Source of the DNA: Eledone cirrhosa
Taxonomy: Eukaryota
Length of the DNA stretch: 64,000 nt
Direction of reading: 5' to 3'
NCBI GenBank assembly: GCA_964016885.1
Contig: OZ024741.1
Location: 68,386,001 to 68,450,000 of the forward strand
This document shows, one piece after another, positions 38,190-51,536 of the stretch. The translations under genes were made by a program, and so were the position numbers. Position 1 is the stretch's first letter; every line of letters starts with the position of its first letter. Below the pieces are notes generated by a model. The model had not been told where the DNA came from, ran no database searches, and saw nothing but the letters and a program-made list of their open reading frames with translations.

Positions 38190-39360
38190 TCATCTTAGGA
38201 GGATGGAAAGAAAAGTGGCTCTCAGCTAGATTCGAATTCAGAACGTAAAAAGCTGGAAAAAATGCCGCAAATATATTGTCCGATACCTAACGATTCTGAC
38301 ATTAAATATCCATAATAACAGTAATGATAATGGTTCCTAATTTATGCAAAATGTCAGAAATTCGGGTTGAGGAGAATGTTGATTAAATGGTATTTAACTG
38401 GCATTTCATTTTATCGAGTCCGGACGAATAAAAGTTGACATCAGCAGGATTTGAATTCCGAACGGAAAGATCTGAAACATATACATTAATGCATCTTTTC
38501 TGACGTTCTAATGATTCTCCTAACCTATCACCTTTGGTTTCTAATTTAGGAACTAGGCCAGAACCTGGGGGAGAGGGGCATGTTGAGGAAAGTTTATTAA
38601 ATCGATACTGTAAAGGAAAGTCTATATAATCGATACTGGAATGATGAAGGGCAAAGTTGACTTCGACGGGATTTGAATTCAGAACGTAAAGAGCCGGCAA
38701 AAAAGGTCGCAAATATACTGTCCGATACTCTAACGATTCTGACATTAAACTACAATAACAATTATTTCTATCGTTGGCATAAGGTCAGCAATTTAAGGGA
38801 AGGAAAAAGCCGATTATATACTTTATACGAAAAGCAAAGTTAACCTCGGCGGGATTTGAACTTCGAACTTAAAATATTGCTACCGAAAAAAATACTACAA
38901 AGCATTTGGACGGCACTCTAACGACTTTGCTAAGCCACCGCTCTTGAATTAAACCATCCTAATAATTGTTTTACTTTAGTCACAAGGCCAGCGATTTGGA
39001 GAAAGGCGAAAGTCAATTAAATCGACCCTAGTGCATTACTGGTGCTTTATTTTATCGACCCCGAAAGGATGAAAGGCAAAGCTTACCTCGACAGGATTTG
39101 AACTCAGAACGTAAAGAACCGTAACTGTATGCTGCAAAGCATGGTGCCTGACGCTCTACCGACACTGCCAATCCACCACCCTCAAACCACCCTAATAATG
39201 GTTTCTATAGGTGGTGAACAGGCAGAGTCATTAGAACATCGGTTTGAATGCTTTGTGGTATTCGTTTCGGGTCTCTGAGTCCTGTGTTCAAAACCCGCTG
39301 ATGTCAATTTTGCTTCTCATCCTTTCGAGATCGATAAAAGAGTACCTGTCTAGTACTGGG
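38190..39360. mobile_element. Cluster of at least six family A SINEs, five minus-strand in tandem and one plus-strand
   Basis: Repeated ggatttgaa(c/t)tc.gaacg..aa B-box complements at about 38230, 38450, 38670, 38852 and 39095, and a plus-strand copy at 39210-39360. The copy at 38967-39183 has the TSD aaacca(t/c)cctaataat. Confidence 0.8.
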
Positions 39361-40829
39361 ACCGATTCTTCCTTTATATCTCTTTCACTCTTTCTCTGAG
39401 GGAAACTGGGTGAGCTCCGACCTAGTGAGGGGACAGGTTCCACCTGGTCTAAAATTCCACACCACACGTCACAGCGGCGCCCCTACGACTCCCTCAGGAG
39501 TTACGGATCAAGAAGAAGAAGAAGAAGAAGAAGAAGAAGAAGAAGATGATGATGATGATGATGATGAAGAAGAAAAAATAATGGTTTCTAATTTAGGTAG
39601 GAGGCTGGCAATTTATTTTAGTAGGGTGTGAGGTAGTCGATTTTATTGACTCTCGTACTCACCTGATGATTATTTCGTCCTCCTCCCCGTAGAGTGAAAG
39701 ACACACCAGTAGGATTTGAAGTCGTAAACTAGAAGCCTCACCTGGTTTAATACCAGTCGGCAATGCCTGGACATTATCGATGAGTGTGACCAAAAGGGTT
39801 TCGCCGCTCTGCGCGTATTTCGGGGAGCTCCGTCTGACAGCATTTTCGTGCCTGTAGAGTTGATCTGGAACTAAAAGTGTCCCCGATTGTCACTCCTGCT
39901 CGCAGGCTTTTACACAAATTTCAACCACACTGTTTTGATCGACTCTGAAGTTGTGGTAGAAGCCGGCACTTGCTCAAGCTGACACGCTTTGGTATTGAAC
40001 ACGAATCCCTGCATCCATACCGCCATTCCTTCTGACTTGTTATCAGCGTGAGGCCTTCTCTCTCATGCTTACTATTTCGTCTTACACCAAACCCATTCCT
40101 CTCACGTAGTACATGACCATGAATGGGAACAAGTGATTTCTAACTTAATGCTGTATGACAAAAGGATAACATTTTGGTTTTTCTTTCAGCATTTATTATT
40201 TTTTTTTGTTTTTCGCTTTAATAAAACAAAACAAATATTACTTGACCTTTTATATAAACAAAACAAGAAAAAATGGCAAAGCTACGTGCTTCTCGTTGTA
40301 TTATATTATATTGTAGACGCACCATGGCCGAGTAGCTGAGAAGTTTGCTGTGTAATTATTAAGTCCCGGGTTCTATCGTGCCACAGGGTATCGTGGGCAA
40401 GCGTCATTTAACATAGCCTCGGGTCAACCCATGTCTTTCGAATGAAATTGGGTAGACGGAAATTGTTTGGAAGTCAGCCGGATACACAGTATCTGTAATT
40501 TAAAGAGCCAGCCTTGTTACACACTGTGTCACGCCGAATCTCACTGAGTATTACATTAAACGTACACGTGTTCGTCGAATGCTCAGCCACTTACATGTTA
40601 ATTTTCCGAGCTGTTGATTCGATGATTGAACAACTGGAACTCTCATCGTCGAAACTGACAGAGGTCCATTCCATATATTATATTTTCTCCAATAATTGCT
40701 CGCCTATTTATAAATGGTAAGAATTGAGTGTGTCGCATGGTCAAACTCATTATTGTATATGGCACATCAATCCCAATAAAGTTTATTATGTCCATAAAAC
40801 TAATAGTGTTTTAGAATTAATATAGACCA

Positions 40830-41222
40830 CCAGTGAATGAAAAGAAAAGTTGATTTCGATGGGGTTTGAACTTAGAACACTGAGTTAAAATCTTGCCTAA
40901 CTTGACCTTTGTTTTCCTCCTTTCAGGTTCGATGAAACAAATACTAACAAAATACTAGGGTCGATACAATAGATTATACTCATGACCCAAATGTGTGATT
41001 GTGTGCCTTTGTTCAAAATAATAATGGTTTTTGATTTAGGCACAATGACAACAATTTGAGGGGAGGGGAAAGTCGATTAAATCGACCCTAGTGAATTACT
41101 GGTACTTTTTTTTTTATCTATTCCGTAAGGATGAAAGGCAAAGCTAACTTCGGCGGGATTTGAACTCAGAATGTAAAGAGCCTTAACTAAATGCCGCAAA
41201 GCAATACTGCGAATACACCGCC
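40830..41222. mobile_element. Family A SINE fragments in mixed orientation
   Basis: Consensus motifs gtaaggatgaaaggcaaag and ggcgggatttgaactcagaa. Confidence 0.7.
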
Positions 41223-41242
41223 TTTTGTTCGAAATAATAATA

Positions 41243-41660
41243 ATTTCTTTATTAGCCACACAGGACTAACATGAGAAAAATATAAAAAATGACGCAGGAC
41301 AGTACAGAACTATGAAACGTTTTTTTTTCGTGTAAAAGTGTGACCCCTCCACCCCAACAAACTTATTAAAATTATAAAAGAAAAAGAAAATATTCCCTAA
41401 TAGGGAAGAGTCATACGATGACTACTCGTGGAAAACCTCATAATAGCCACGGTCACCCTTATCACAAAGGTTAGTACCCTCTCTCAGCTGTCCCCCTCTA
41501 GTCTTCAGGTGTATACTCAGAGCAGGCCCCTTCACTCGGACTATGCTTACCTCTCTCAACCTCATTTCAACAAATTTGCTGGAAAGCAGTATTTCCCTTT
41601 CCGTCCTCAATTTACGTTTCACATGAAACTTGAAAAAAAATCTATGAGGGCTTAGCTAAA
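41243..41660 (-). pseudogene. L1/Tx1-clade 3' fragment related to the 14692-17760 element
   Basis: FFKFHVKRKLRTEREILLSSKFVEMRLREVSIVRVKGPALSIHL aligns by eye with FFRYHFGRRIRMEREVLHPSRFYERWVKVARMARVNGPSLYIRL. The 3' end is gtggctAATAAAgaaatt(att)n. Confidence 0.8.
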
Positions 41661-42012
41661 GGGGAAAGTGTTTCGGCCTAGCCCCAAAAACAGCATAAAG
41701 GTTGCCCTGACACAATACATCCGCAGTTTTGATTCTGTCATATAAAAACTGTAACATTATCATGGAGCTGTTTAGAATGAAAATCTTCAGGATTTTAATT
41801 CTTTTCTCAATTTTGTTTAGATGCTATTTTTATGTTACCATATTTGAATTTTTCTTTAGTTTTTCCATACTAATGTTCAGTAAGTGATTAATAATAATCG
41901 CTGTGTTCTTGAAAATTGATCCATATTAACTCTTGTCAAATTGAAAATAGATATGTAATAATTCTTATCAACATTTTTTTTTATTTTTCCACAATAATCC
42001 TCGTTATTTTAA

Positions 42013-42094
42013 AAATCAGTTGAACTCTGTTCAGAAATCAGTTGAATTCTGCTCAGAAATCAGTTGAACTTTATTCAGAAATCAGTTGAATTCT
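42013..42094. repeat. 22-bp minisatellite, about 3.7 copies
   Basis: aaatcagttgaa(c/t)t(c/t)t...cag repeated. Confidence 0.85.
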
Positions 42095-42140
42095 AAAAAC
42101 ATCAGCCAAAATTTTCTGACTTTAATATATTCAATTTTCA

Positions 42141-43606
42141 TCTATACTATAAAGCTGACGGCCGTATGTAGGTAACAAACTTTCCGCCAAGCGGCTGGAC
42201 CAAATTTGCACCATAGATGTAACTTTTTCCAAGTAAAAAAGTGAGGGTATTTTCGTCTACTGAATTTTGTTAAAAGATTAAAGACATTATTTAAATATTC
42301 ACTTCTTTAAAATTTTCAAATGTAAACACTTCCGGTTATACGACATTCCTAACGTCTTCACGAACCAAAGTATCATCTTCCTGTTTTCTTTCGGTTGCAA
42401 CGTTTTTCGAAATATTTACTTCTCCGTTCACAGATTGATTTTTTTAGTTTCAGAAGATCCCGTTAAGGGTGAAAGCAGCGATTCTTTGCTTAAACTTTAA
42501 TCTGTTATTTTAATACATATATATAATTATATATTCGTGTACAGATATTTTTGCATACACAAAAACAAAATATAAACAAACGTATTTATTTCACGAAAGA
42601 ACAGACGGCTTATCGTAATTGTTACTGCCCATATGCCACCCAAAAAGTCCTAGCCTGGCCGCAAGATCCGATTTTCCAGAAGAAAAAAATGTTACTAGAG
42701 CAACAGAGAGACTAAACTTCGCGATTACCATCAACAAAGCTCAGGGTCAAAACTTAAAAGAGGTTGGCCTTCATCTGGGGAAACCATGGTCAATTGTATG
42801 TAGGATGCTCACAAAACAATCTCTTCATCTTTGCTCCCGATGGCCGAACAAAAAATATTGTATACTCTGAGGCTCTAACAATGTAATTTATGTATTTTCT
42901 GTTACTTGGAATTTCCATTATGGTTGTACAAATTATTGTAAAGTTTGTTAAAAAATTTGTTCTCTGTTCAACCTTTATTGTTGTAACTATTAATTTTCTT
43001 TAACGTACTGGCTGAGAAAAGAAACCTACAATGAAAGAACATCTTAAAGTTTACCCAAGCCAAATGTATTTATTAACATTTCTATCTGCAGGTTCTTAAC
43101 AAGCTTACTGGCGCTTTAGTATGGTATTCAATCCTCATATCGTTTTTGATTGATATGGTGCATATATCGCAGCTATTCATATGTTTTAAACATTAGATAA
43201 CGATTGCTGATGTACATTGTACGGCAGAATTAGCTGAAAAATATTTTGAATGAACAAATAAAAGAGATATAAAAGAGAGATGTTTGTTGGTTGGTTCCTT
43301 CGCGTATCACACGAAAAAAACGAAAAGTGACAATCGGAAAGTATGTACAGGATTGGGATAAGAGTATATCTAGGAAAGTTTATTGATACTAATTTTATAA
43401 CACCAAAGAAGAAGAAAGACATACCACGTATGCTAACCAACCTGACTGATGTTTCTAGCAGGTTGGTAATCAACTATAAGGGATTCTCTCTGCGAGTTCG
43501 TTGTCAGTGATGATCGTGTTTCGCGGTCTATGTCTCCGATTCCAACGGTGGTTTACACACACACACACACACATACACACACGCACACGCACACACACTC
43601 ACACAG

Positions 43607-43654
<48 letters not shown>

Positions 43655-43665
43655 ACACTCAACAA

Positions 43666-43701
<36 letters not shown>

Positions 43702-43797
43702 TGTAAACAAGACAATGCATTCAATACAGACGTTTTCTCTTCTGCCGGTCTTCTCTTATCATTTGTTAACCCTGGAGAAGCTGGGTACCTCAGCTAG
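42141..43797 (+). mobile_element. Deleted Helitron with a PIF1-like helicase C-terminal remnant (42700-42886)
   Basis: A|TCTATACTATAAA 5' end. RLNFAITINKAQGQNLKEVGLHL and HGQLYVGCS...LFIFAPDGRTKNIVYSEAL. A candidate 3' end ccc..gggtacctcagCTAG|T lies at 43794-43797. Pairing these two ends is inferred. Confidence 0.7.
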
Positions 43798-44517
43798 TGT
43801 TATATAAAACACGAGAAATCATTATTGTTCACAAACATGATGTGGTAATGCTTTAAAGGAAATTACCCAGTTCTTTTTATTAATTTGATTTCTACGTTTT
43901 TTTTTTATGTCAGAATCTTCAGGCTTAAAAGAATTTCTTCATGTAACACCATATACGAATCTTTCATTATCATGTCGAAAAAATCGTATCATTGCATCGT
44001 GGCCGTAGAAGGAATGGTAGAGAAACAGATGGAGGTAGCAGTATACTCGACTGTGAAGTAACGCTACCATTTCTCCGACATGTTAAAAGATGATTCACCG
44101 AATAAAGTATTTTATGACTGGAAATTTTAAATACAAACCATGTATAATTTCGCCATAACGTCTGGACTTTAAAATTATTTTAAAATTTAATATAATTACA
44201 CAATTCTTCCAAAATTGCTTCAAAATACAATCGAAATATCTTCTTCTTCTTCTTCTTCTTCTTCTTCGCCCACTTATTCCCGGAGGGTCGTGAGGGCAGA
44301 ATCCCCAAACACACAAGTCCCAGGGTCTTATCAGAAGCAACCGCCTCAAATACATCCGGCTGGATATTTAAGCGAGACCAATCTCTAATAAACAAAATGA
44401 AACCAACAAATAAAAAGAAACCTTCTTAAATCATCCATGAGCTTAGTCGGCAATTCAGCTGAATCATCAATTAGACACGGTTGCTATACACACACACACG
44501 CAGTCGCACACACGCAG

Positions 44518-44589
<72 letters not shown>

Positions 44590-44604
44590 ACACACACACA
44601 CATA

Positions 44605-45230
44605 TACCAGCTGAGGTACCCGGTAATACCCGGGAGCAAGGGTATTCCCAGTCCCATTAAAATGCCCAATGCCTCTCAGACCAAAAATGAAATCAAAATA
44701 TAGGACAAACAAAAGCGAAGACAAATTCATTTACGAAACAATAATACAAACAAATATTGTTGATTACATTGGTCAGGCGAAAAATGTTTGTCAGAGAAGT
44801 TGAGTGTTGCTATAAGGAAAAAAATAGAACCCCCATTAGGGGGTTTCATTGCTGAAAATGTGTGAATAGGTATCATATCTTGTCATTTACCTATGGTTTA
44901 AATTTCATATAAATCGAAGGGAAACATTTTTTTAGTGGGGGTTTTGTGCCCCCGAGGAACCCTTTTGATTAAAATGAAATATACTTACCCAAGTACCCTG
45001 GGCAATGTAGTTTCATAATATATGTGGTTATGGGGGTCTATCTCCAAAACCATAGGAGGAGTTCGTGAAATCTTGTTCCATTTATTGGCCAAAATTTACA
45101 CCATTAGGGTATCTTAATATTATTGAAATTTGCTGTAATTTTGTGAATAGGCATCATATTTTGTCATTTACCTATGGCTTAAATTTCATATAAATCGAAC
45201 GGAAAAAATTAAGGGGGTGGGGGCACACGC
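44605..45230 (-). mobile_element. Non-autonomous Helitron-like element with an internal direct repeat of about 65 bp
   Basis: The minus-strand end cccgg-gtatta-ccggg-tacctcagCTGG|T matches the terminus at 43770-43797. The repeat lies at 44862-44926 and 45143-45206. Confidence 0.55.
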
Positions 45231-45233
45231 ACG

Positions 45234-45312
<79 letters not shown>

Positions 45313-45588
45313 GCACGAAGCTGTACAAGTTGGCTCAACTAAAATAGGATTAGAATTTAGCTTCGACATAATTGTATACAAATATGTATGTGAATTTCCT
45401 ATACCTAAAGATATACGGTATGTTTCTCAATAAACATTTTGAAAGCCACAGCTATGAATAACTTGTACAGCTTCGTGTGTGAGTGAGGCGAAATACTATA
45501 TATAGTTTTTCGCCTCACCCACCCGCTCAGCGGCACTGACCACCATTCATAGTTGTCGCTTTGAAAATGTTTATTTATAAACGAAATT

Positions 45589-45626
<38 letters not shown>

Positions 45627-45819
45627 CACACGCGTGTGTATGTATATATTTATCTATAAAGAAGCGTGAAAAGGTTATATTCCATGATAGACATCATATC
45701 GATCATGGTGTCTTTTTTGAGAAAACGTTTTACAAACGAATGCTTTTCCTGGCACAAATCCCTGTACGACCGTCAGGGATAATTTGTACTTACACCAAAA
45801 TGGATGCACCCAGAGTATG

Positions 45820-45891
<72 letters not shown>

Positions 45892-46433
45892 GATATATGG
45901 AATGTAGAAAAGTGACAAAAATAGTAAAAAGAAAAGAAAATACAGTAGAAATGGTGGAGGGGTTTTTCAGTATGATATCAAAACATTTATTTATAAAGTG
46001 GGGATTTCCGTATTTAATCGTGGTACCGGTTTCAGCATTATATGCTTTTTCAACGACGGAAGTGTGAAGTGTAGTTAAATTGCATATTTATACGAATAAT
46101 AATTGTTTGTATGTTAGGCACAAGGCCAGCAATTACCCAGTGCATTACTGGTACTTTATTTTATCGACCCCGCAAGGATGAAAGGTAAAGTTAACCCCAA
46201 TATATATAATGAAATAAATAGAGATGATATAAAGTATATATCTTTCGTTTATTACTATTATTTATATATATATATTTATATATATATATATATAAGTCGT
46301 GGGTCCAATTGGGGGTAACCACAGTAAGTAGGGTATTCAGTACAATAGTAGAGTGTAAACATCAAATTTAATATAGAAGTGGTATCTACAGGACTAGAAC
46401 TGTTTTATTCGAAGGAAATCATCAAGATGATTT

Positions 46434-46481
<48 letters not shown>

Positions 46482-46629
46482 ATATATATACTTATATATA
46501 TATATATAAATAAACCACAACAGTAAAACACCTTCAATCTCAAGTTTACTTTTGAATCATAAGAATTCTGAAACCGGTTAAATAAATATATATTCTTGAA
46601 AGACTGCTTTTGCATTTTCAATTTCTTTT

Positions 46630-46692
<63 letters not shown>

Positions 46693-46732
46693 ATATTAAC
46701 AAATGGAAACTATATTTATAAAACCATAGTTA

Positions 46733-46794
46733 TTTTATTATACATATTTCAAGGGCCACCAAGGCAATTTATGGTGCGCTTTCATCAGATAAAA
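46733..46794 (-). ncRNA. Type I hammerhead ribozyme, intact core
   Basis: ttttat-CTGATGA-aag..cacca/tggtg..ctt-GAAA-tatgta-TA-ataaaa (pairs with ttttat). Confidence 0.75.
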
Positions 46795-47129
46795 TACAAT
46801 ACAGAATTAGTTTTATAAATAAATATTGACATACCCTGAAAAAAGACAACCTTAACGGTTGGAGCTTCCTGGATAGGAATTATATATATAATATATATAT
46901 ATATAATTGTTTTGCAAGGTATTTATTATATATTTCTGGCAATATCATAACAACATGACCTTCCCCAAATATATATATATATATTATATATATATATTAT
47001 ATATATATATTATTGAGTAAAATGACAGGAGGCTGGACTGGTTAAATTCCTTAAAGATTTATTATACAGACTATGCACATTTTTATCCAGTTCTATCCAG
47101 TGGTGAAGCTACAAACCTAAATGAAATAC

Positions 47130-47193
<64 letters not shown>

Positions 47194-47292
47194 AGTACAT
47201 CATATTCGAAGTTCGATCAGCAGCTAAGCCAACGAATGCCTTCAGCAGTGCAGCCAAGCACTCGACAAGAAATAGACCTCAGAGTAATAATA

Positions 47293-47372
<80 letters not shown>

Positions 47373-47640
47373 GATTGGTGCTCTGAAATAACGATGTATA
47401 CATGGATGTATGTATAGTATATTTGGCAAACCTCCAATTATATATATATATAGAGAAAAATCCTGTCGTTCTATTTAGTTGCTAAAAATCTTTTTTGGTA
47501 GCGATCATAGACTACAAGTCTACGATTTCCCGCCTTCACCAACGTATTTATGGGTTACTTTCACGACCTTTCAGACCTGTATTAGTTGGAGTGAGGTCAT
47601 ATATTTTATCGTTCCTGGGGTTTTTAACCCTAGGATACGA

Positions 47641-47730
47641 AAATGCTTCTCTGATGATCTTTGCTTTTCCATTAATATCCACGTGATATCTAATGTTTTG
47701 CAACATGAAACTGTACAGTTAGGGCCATTT
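47641..47730 (+). ncRNA. Type I hammerhead ribozyme, intact core with long stem II loop
   Basis: aaatgcttct-CTGATGA-..ttgc...gcaa..-GAAA-palindrome ctgtacag-TT-agggccattt. Stem I is 10 bp with 2 G.U pairs and 1 mismatch. Confidence 0.75.
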
Positions 47731-47839
47731 GAATAGGTAAATATTTATATTATATTTTTTAATTTTGATTAATTTTATTTGTATATTAATTTTGATTTAT
47801 TTTGAAAATTTGGTTGAATTTTACTTGTTCTGCTTATCT

Positions 47840-47901
<62 letters not shown>

Positions 47902-47904
47902 ATA

Positions 47905-50900
47905 ATAATGAAATGACAGGAGGCTGGATTTGTGTAGATCCTTGAAAGGTTTATTATACTATGATCATTTTAATGACCGGGTTCCGTATGAATCCGGTGA
48001 TATCATCAGGTATTCGAAATATAATACGTGAATGTAATAGGTAAAATCCATGGGGCTGAAAATCGAGACCCGAGGGTCTCGATTTTCAGCCCCATGGATT
48101 TTACCTATTACATTCAGCCCCATGGATTTTACCTATTACATTCACGTATTATATTTCGAATACCTGATGATATCACCGGATTCATACGGAACCCGGTCAT
48201 TGAAATGATCATAGTATAATAAACCTTTCAAGGATTTACACAAATCCAGCCTCCTGTCATTTCATTATAATATTTAACTCCGTAATAGCACCACCAACTA
48301 CAAAAACAAAGACGGTTGAACTGCTTTACGTTGAGTACTCTCTATATTATTGCATTACGATTGACCATACGGAATAGACCAGCTCTATACAGTGGTGAAC
48401 CTCAAACCTGAATAAATAACGCTCCTGAAATGTTGAGCACTTCAAAATGTAATAATCAACAGCGGCATGGGACTGAATATATCTAACCACAATTCGAACA
48501 TTGGCTACCAGGTGCTTTCGCCTGGCCCATTGCTACTCCCCTCACAGAATATCCGAACTTCGACGAAACTCCACGGACTGGACCATAACATGTATTGTAC
48601 TGCACTGAATTAACTAAATGGCTACCCTATACTTCTGGGCATGTATAACTCACACTGAACTCCCAGACTCGAACACACACTGTTTCCACATCTATATGCA
48701 TTATCTGACTGCAACTTGAACTATATTGTATTTCTCCTGTGTCTTGAACTCTCCATTTAATAGACAACGACCCTTGTTTGTTTATTTATATCTTTACATC
48801 TTTATTTGCTGTATTAATGCTCCTCCACGTATTCTACCTCTATACATCCATGTACTTTCTACTTCCCTTATTCGGACTTTTACTCGCGTGTACCCTCAGC
48901 ACACGTCACTGGAATATTTCCCCCTGGGAACATAAATACCGCAACCTGAACTATATTGTATTTCTCCTGTGTCTTGAACTCTACATTTACTAGACAACGA
49001 CTATTGTTTGTTTATCTATATCTTCACATCTTTGTTTGCTGTATTAATGTCTTTCCACGTACTCTACCTCTATACATCCATGTACTTTTTACTCCCCTTA
49101 TTCGGACTTTTACTCGCGTGCACCCTTAGCACACGACACAGGATTGCCCCCCCCCCCCCGGGAACATAAATACTGCAACCTGAACTATATTGTAATTCTC
49201 CTATGTCCTGATTTCTCCATCTTACTCCAACACCACTCTTGTTGGTTTATTTACATGTTTATACCTATATATTGATATGTTTATATATTTATACCTCTGC
49301 TGTACCAATGTGCTCTTCCACGTATTCCACTTCTATGTATCCATGTATTTCTACTCCTCACATTGGGACCTGTACCCATTAGCACACGACACTAGAATGT
49401 CTCCTCCTGAGAACAAAAATTAAACATTACACGACTATATCCCGTACTCTACATCCCACTAGGATAAATTACAGATCTACATAATACAATTAACGTTTCT
49501 TCATAAAAGACTATTTAATTAAACCCCGCAACCCAAAACCTCATAGAAGTTATTTGAATGTTTAATCTTCAATTTTCTGTTTGTTCAATTCTCAATCCTC
49601 TTACTCCTTAGTTTCATAATGTTATTCTGAATTCTTTCAACTTCATCCGATAGAGTTAAGCAAAATTCTAAAGGTCCAACTTTCTGTACGACCGTTGGGT
49701 GGGTTTTAGCGGCGGCGCGACCGGCTCCCTGGCGAACGGGCTCACCTGGAGTGCTTGGAAAAATAAATTTCCCCTTCTTTCAGTAAATGAAAATACTCGG
49801 CGTGGCTTAGTTCGCACTGGGGCCCGGGGCGCGGCCGGTGTTTTAACCGCCAAATAGTACCTTTAAATTACAGAACAAATCGGAACTATTAGATATATCA
49901 ACCTGAAACTGTTGAGCTCTAAGTTTTCTAACCTCTTTAATATGGAATATTGATTATTAATTTATTAATTTTTTAACTTCATCCTATAAGTCTAAACATT
50001 GTAACACATTGACCCCCAATATATTCACCTCTGCTAAGATGCGAGTCCCTGTGAAAATTTTGTCGCGCCACTCCTGGCCCGACTGTGGTGTGACATTAAT
50101 ATCGACCTTCCTTCTTCTCTCTTCCTATCTTCCTTCTTGTAGCTATCAACCATTACTCTTTTACTTCTCTAAGCAAAATTTTAAAGTTCCAACTTTCTGT
50201 CGGACTGTTGGGTGGGTTTTAATGGCGGCGCGACCGGCTCCCTGGCGAGCGAGCTCACCTGGAGTGCTTGGAAAAATAAATTTCCCCTTCTTTCAGTAAA
50301 TGAAAATACTCGGCCTGGCTTAGTTCGCCATGGGGCCCGGGGCGCGGCCGGGGTTTTAACCGCCAAATAGTACCTTTAAATTACAGAACAAATCGGAACT
50401 ATTATATAATTAAATGTTAAACTGTTGAACTTCAAATTTTCTAACCTCTTTAATATTAAATATTGATTATTAATTTTTTTAACTTCATCCTAGAAGTCTA
50501 AACACTGTAAAACACTGACTCCCAATATATTCATCTCTGCTAAGATGCGGGTCCCTGTGAAAATTTTCTTCCGCCACTCCTGGCTTGACTGTGGTCTGAT
50601 ATTAATATCGACCTTTCTTCCTCTTTCTTTCTATCTTCCTTCTTGTAGCCATCAACCCTTACCTTTCTACTTCTCTCTTCCCATCCTTCTCTTCTCCCCT
50701 CCCCCTGTCTTCTTCCCGCAGACTTACCTTCCTTCCCCCTCTTGCTTGCCTATATCTGACCAGTAGTAGTTGCCTTCCTCTTTTAGCTGACATTAACCCT
50801 GGCTTCTCTTCTTCTTTCTTCCCCCTTCTTCTCTCTCCTTCCTTTCTTTCTTTCTTTTACCTTGTGTCATGGGATCGACGTTAACCTATGCTCCCATCCC

Positions 50901-51536
50901 TTTCTGTTTTCGTTCATCTGACCGGTAGTAGCATACTGTAAAATTTAGCCACGTCACTCCAGGGCGACCGGCTGAGGTTGAAGGAACAGAATAGCGGTCG
51001 CCCTCGGGTCTCGATTTTCAGCCCCATGGATTTTACCTATTACATTCACGTATTATATTTCGAATACCTGATGATATCACCGGATTCATACGGAACCCGG
51101 TCATTGAAATGATCATAGTATAATAAACCTTTCAAGGATTTACACAAATCCAGCCTCCTGTCATTTCATTATAATATTTAACTCCGTAATAGAAGGCGTG
51201 TGGCTGAGTGGTTAGAGTATTGGATTCACAATCGTGAGGTTGTGAGTTCGATTCCTGAACCAGGCGATGCGTTATGTCCTTGAGCAAGACACTTTATTTC
51301 ACGTTGCTCCTTCTACCTGGAGTTGCGACCGATAGATAGTATTAGCAATTGGAAAGACCAACGGAAACATAGTTTCCTCGGTCCGATTTGACGAAAGTCG
51401 ATCGACTAGAATATAGCACCACCAACTACAAAAACAAAGACGGTTGAACTGCTTTACGTTGAGTACTCTCTATATTATTGCATTACGATTGACCATACGG
51501 AATAGACGAGCTCTATACAGTGGTGAACCTCAAACC

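Noticed and set aside
42013-42094. CRISPR-like short repeats (also 8109-8205)
   Set aside because: Head-to-tail minisatellites without unique spacers, no cas genes, and a eukaryotic context.
46015-46060. Further HHR-like motif on the minus strand (TTGAAAA-agca/tgct-GAAA-ccgg-TA)
   Set aside because: Two core mismatches and a weak stem I. Too degenerate to call.
51193-51270. tRNA gene candidates (A and B boxes), here and at other SINE heads
   Set aside because: They continue into SINE core and tail sequence and are dispersed repeats, not complete cloverleaf tRNA genes.
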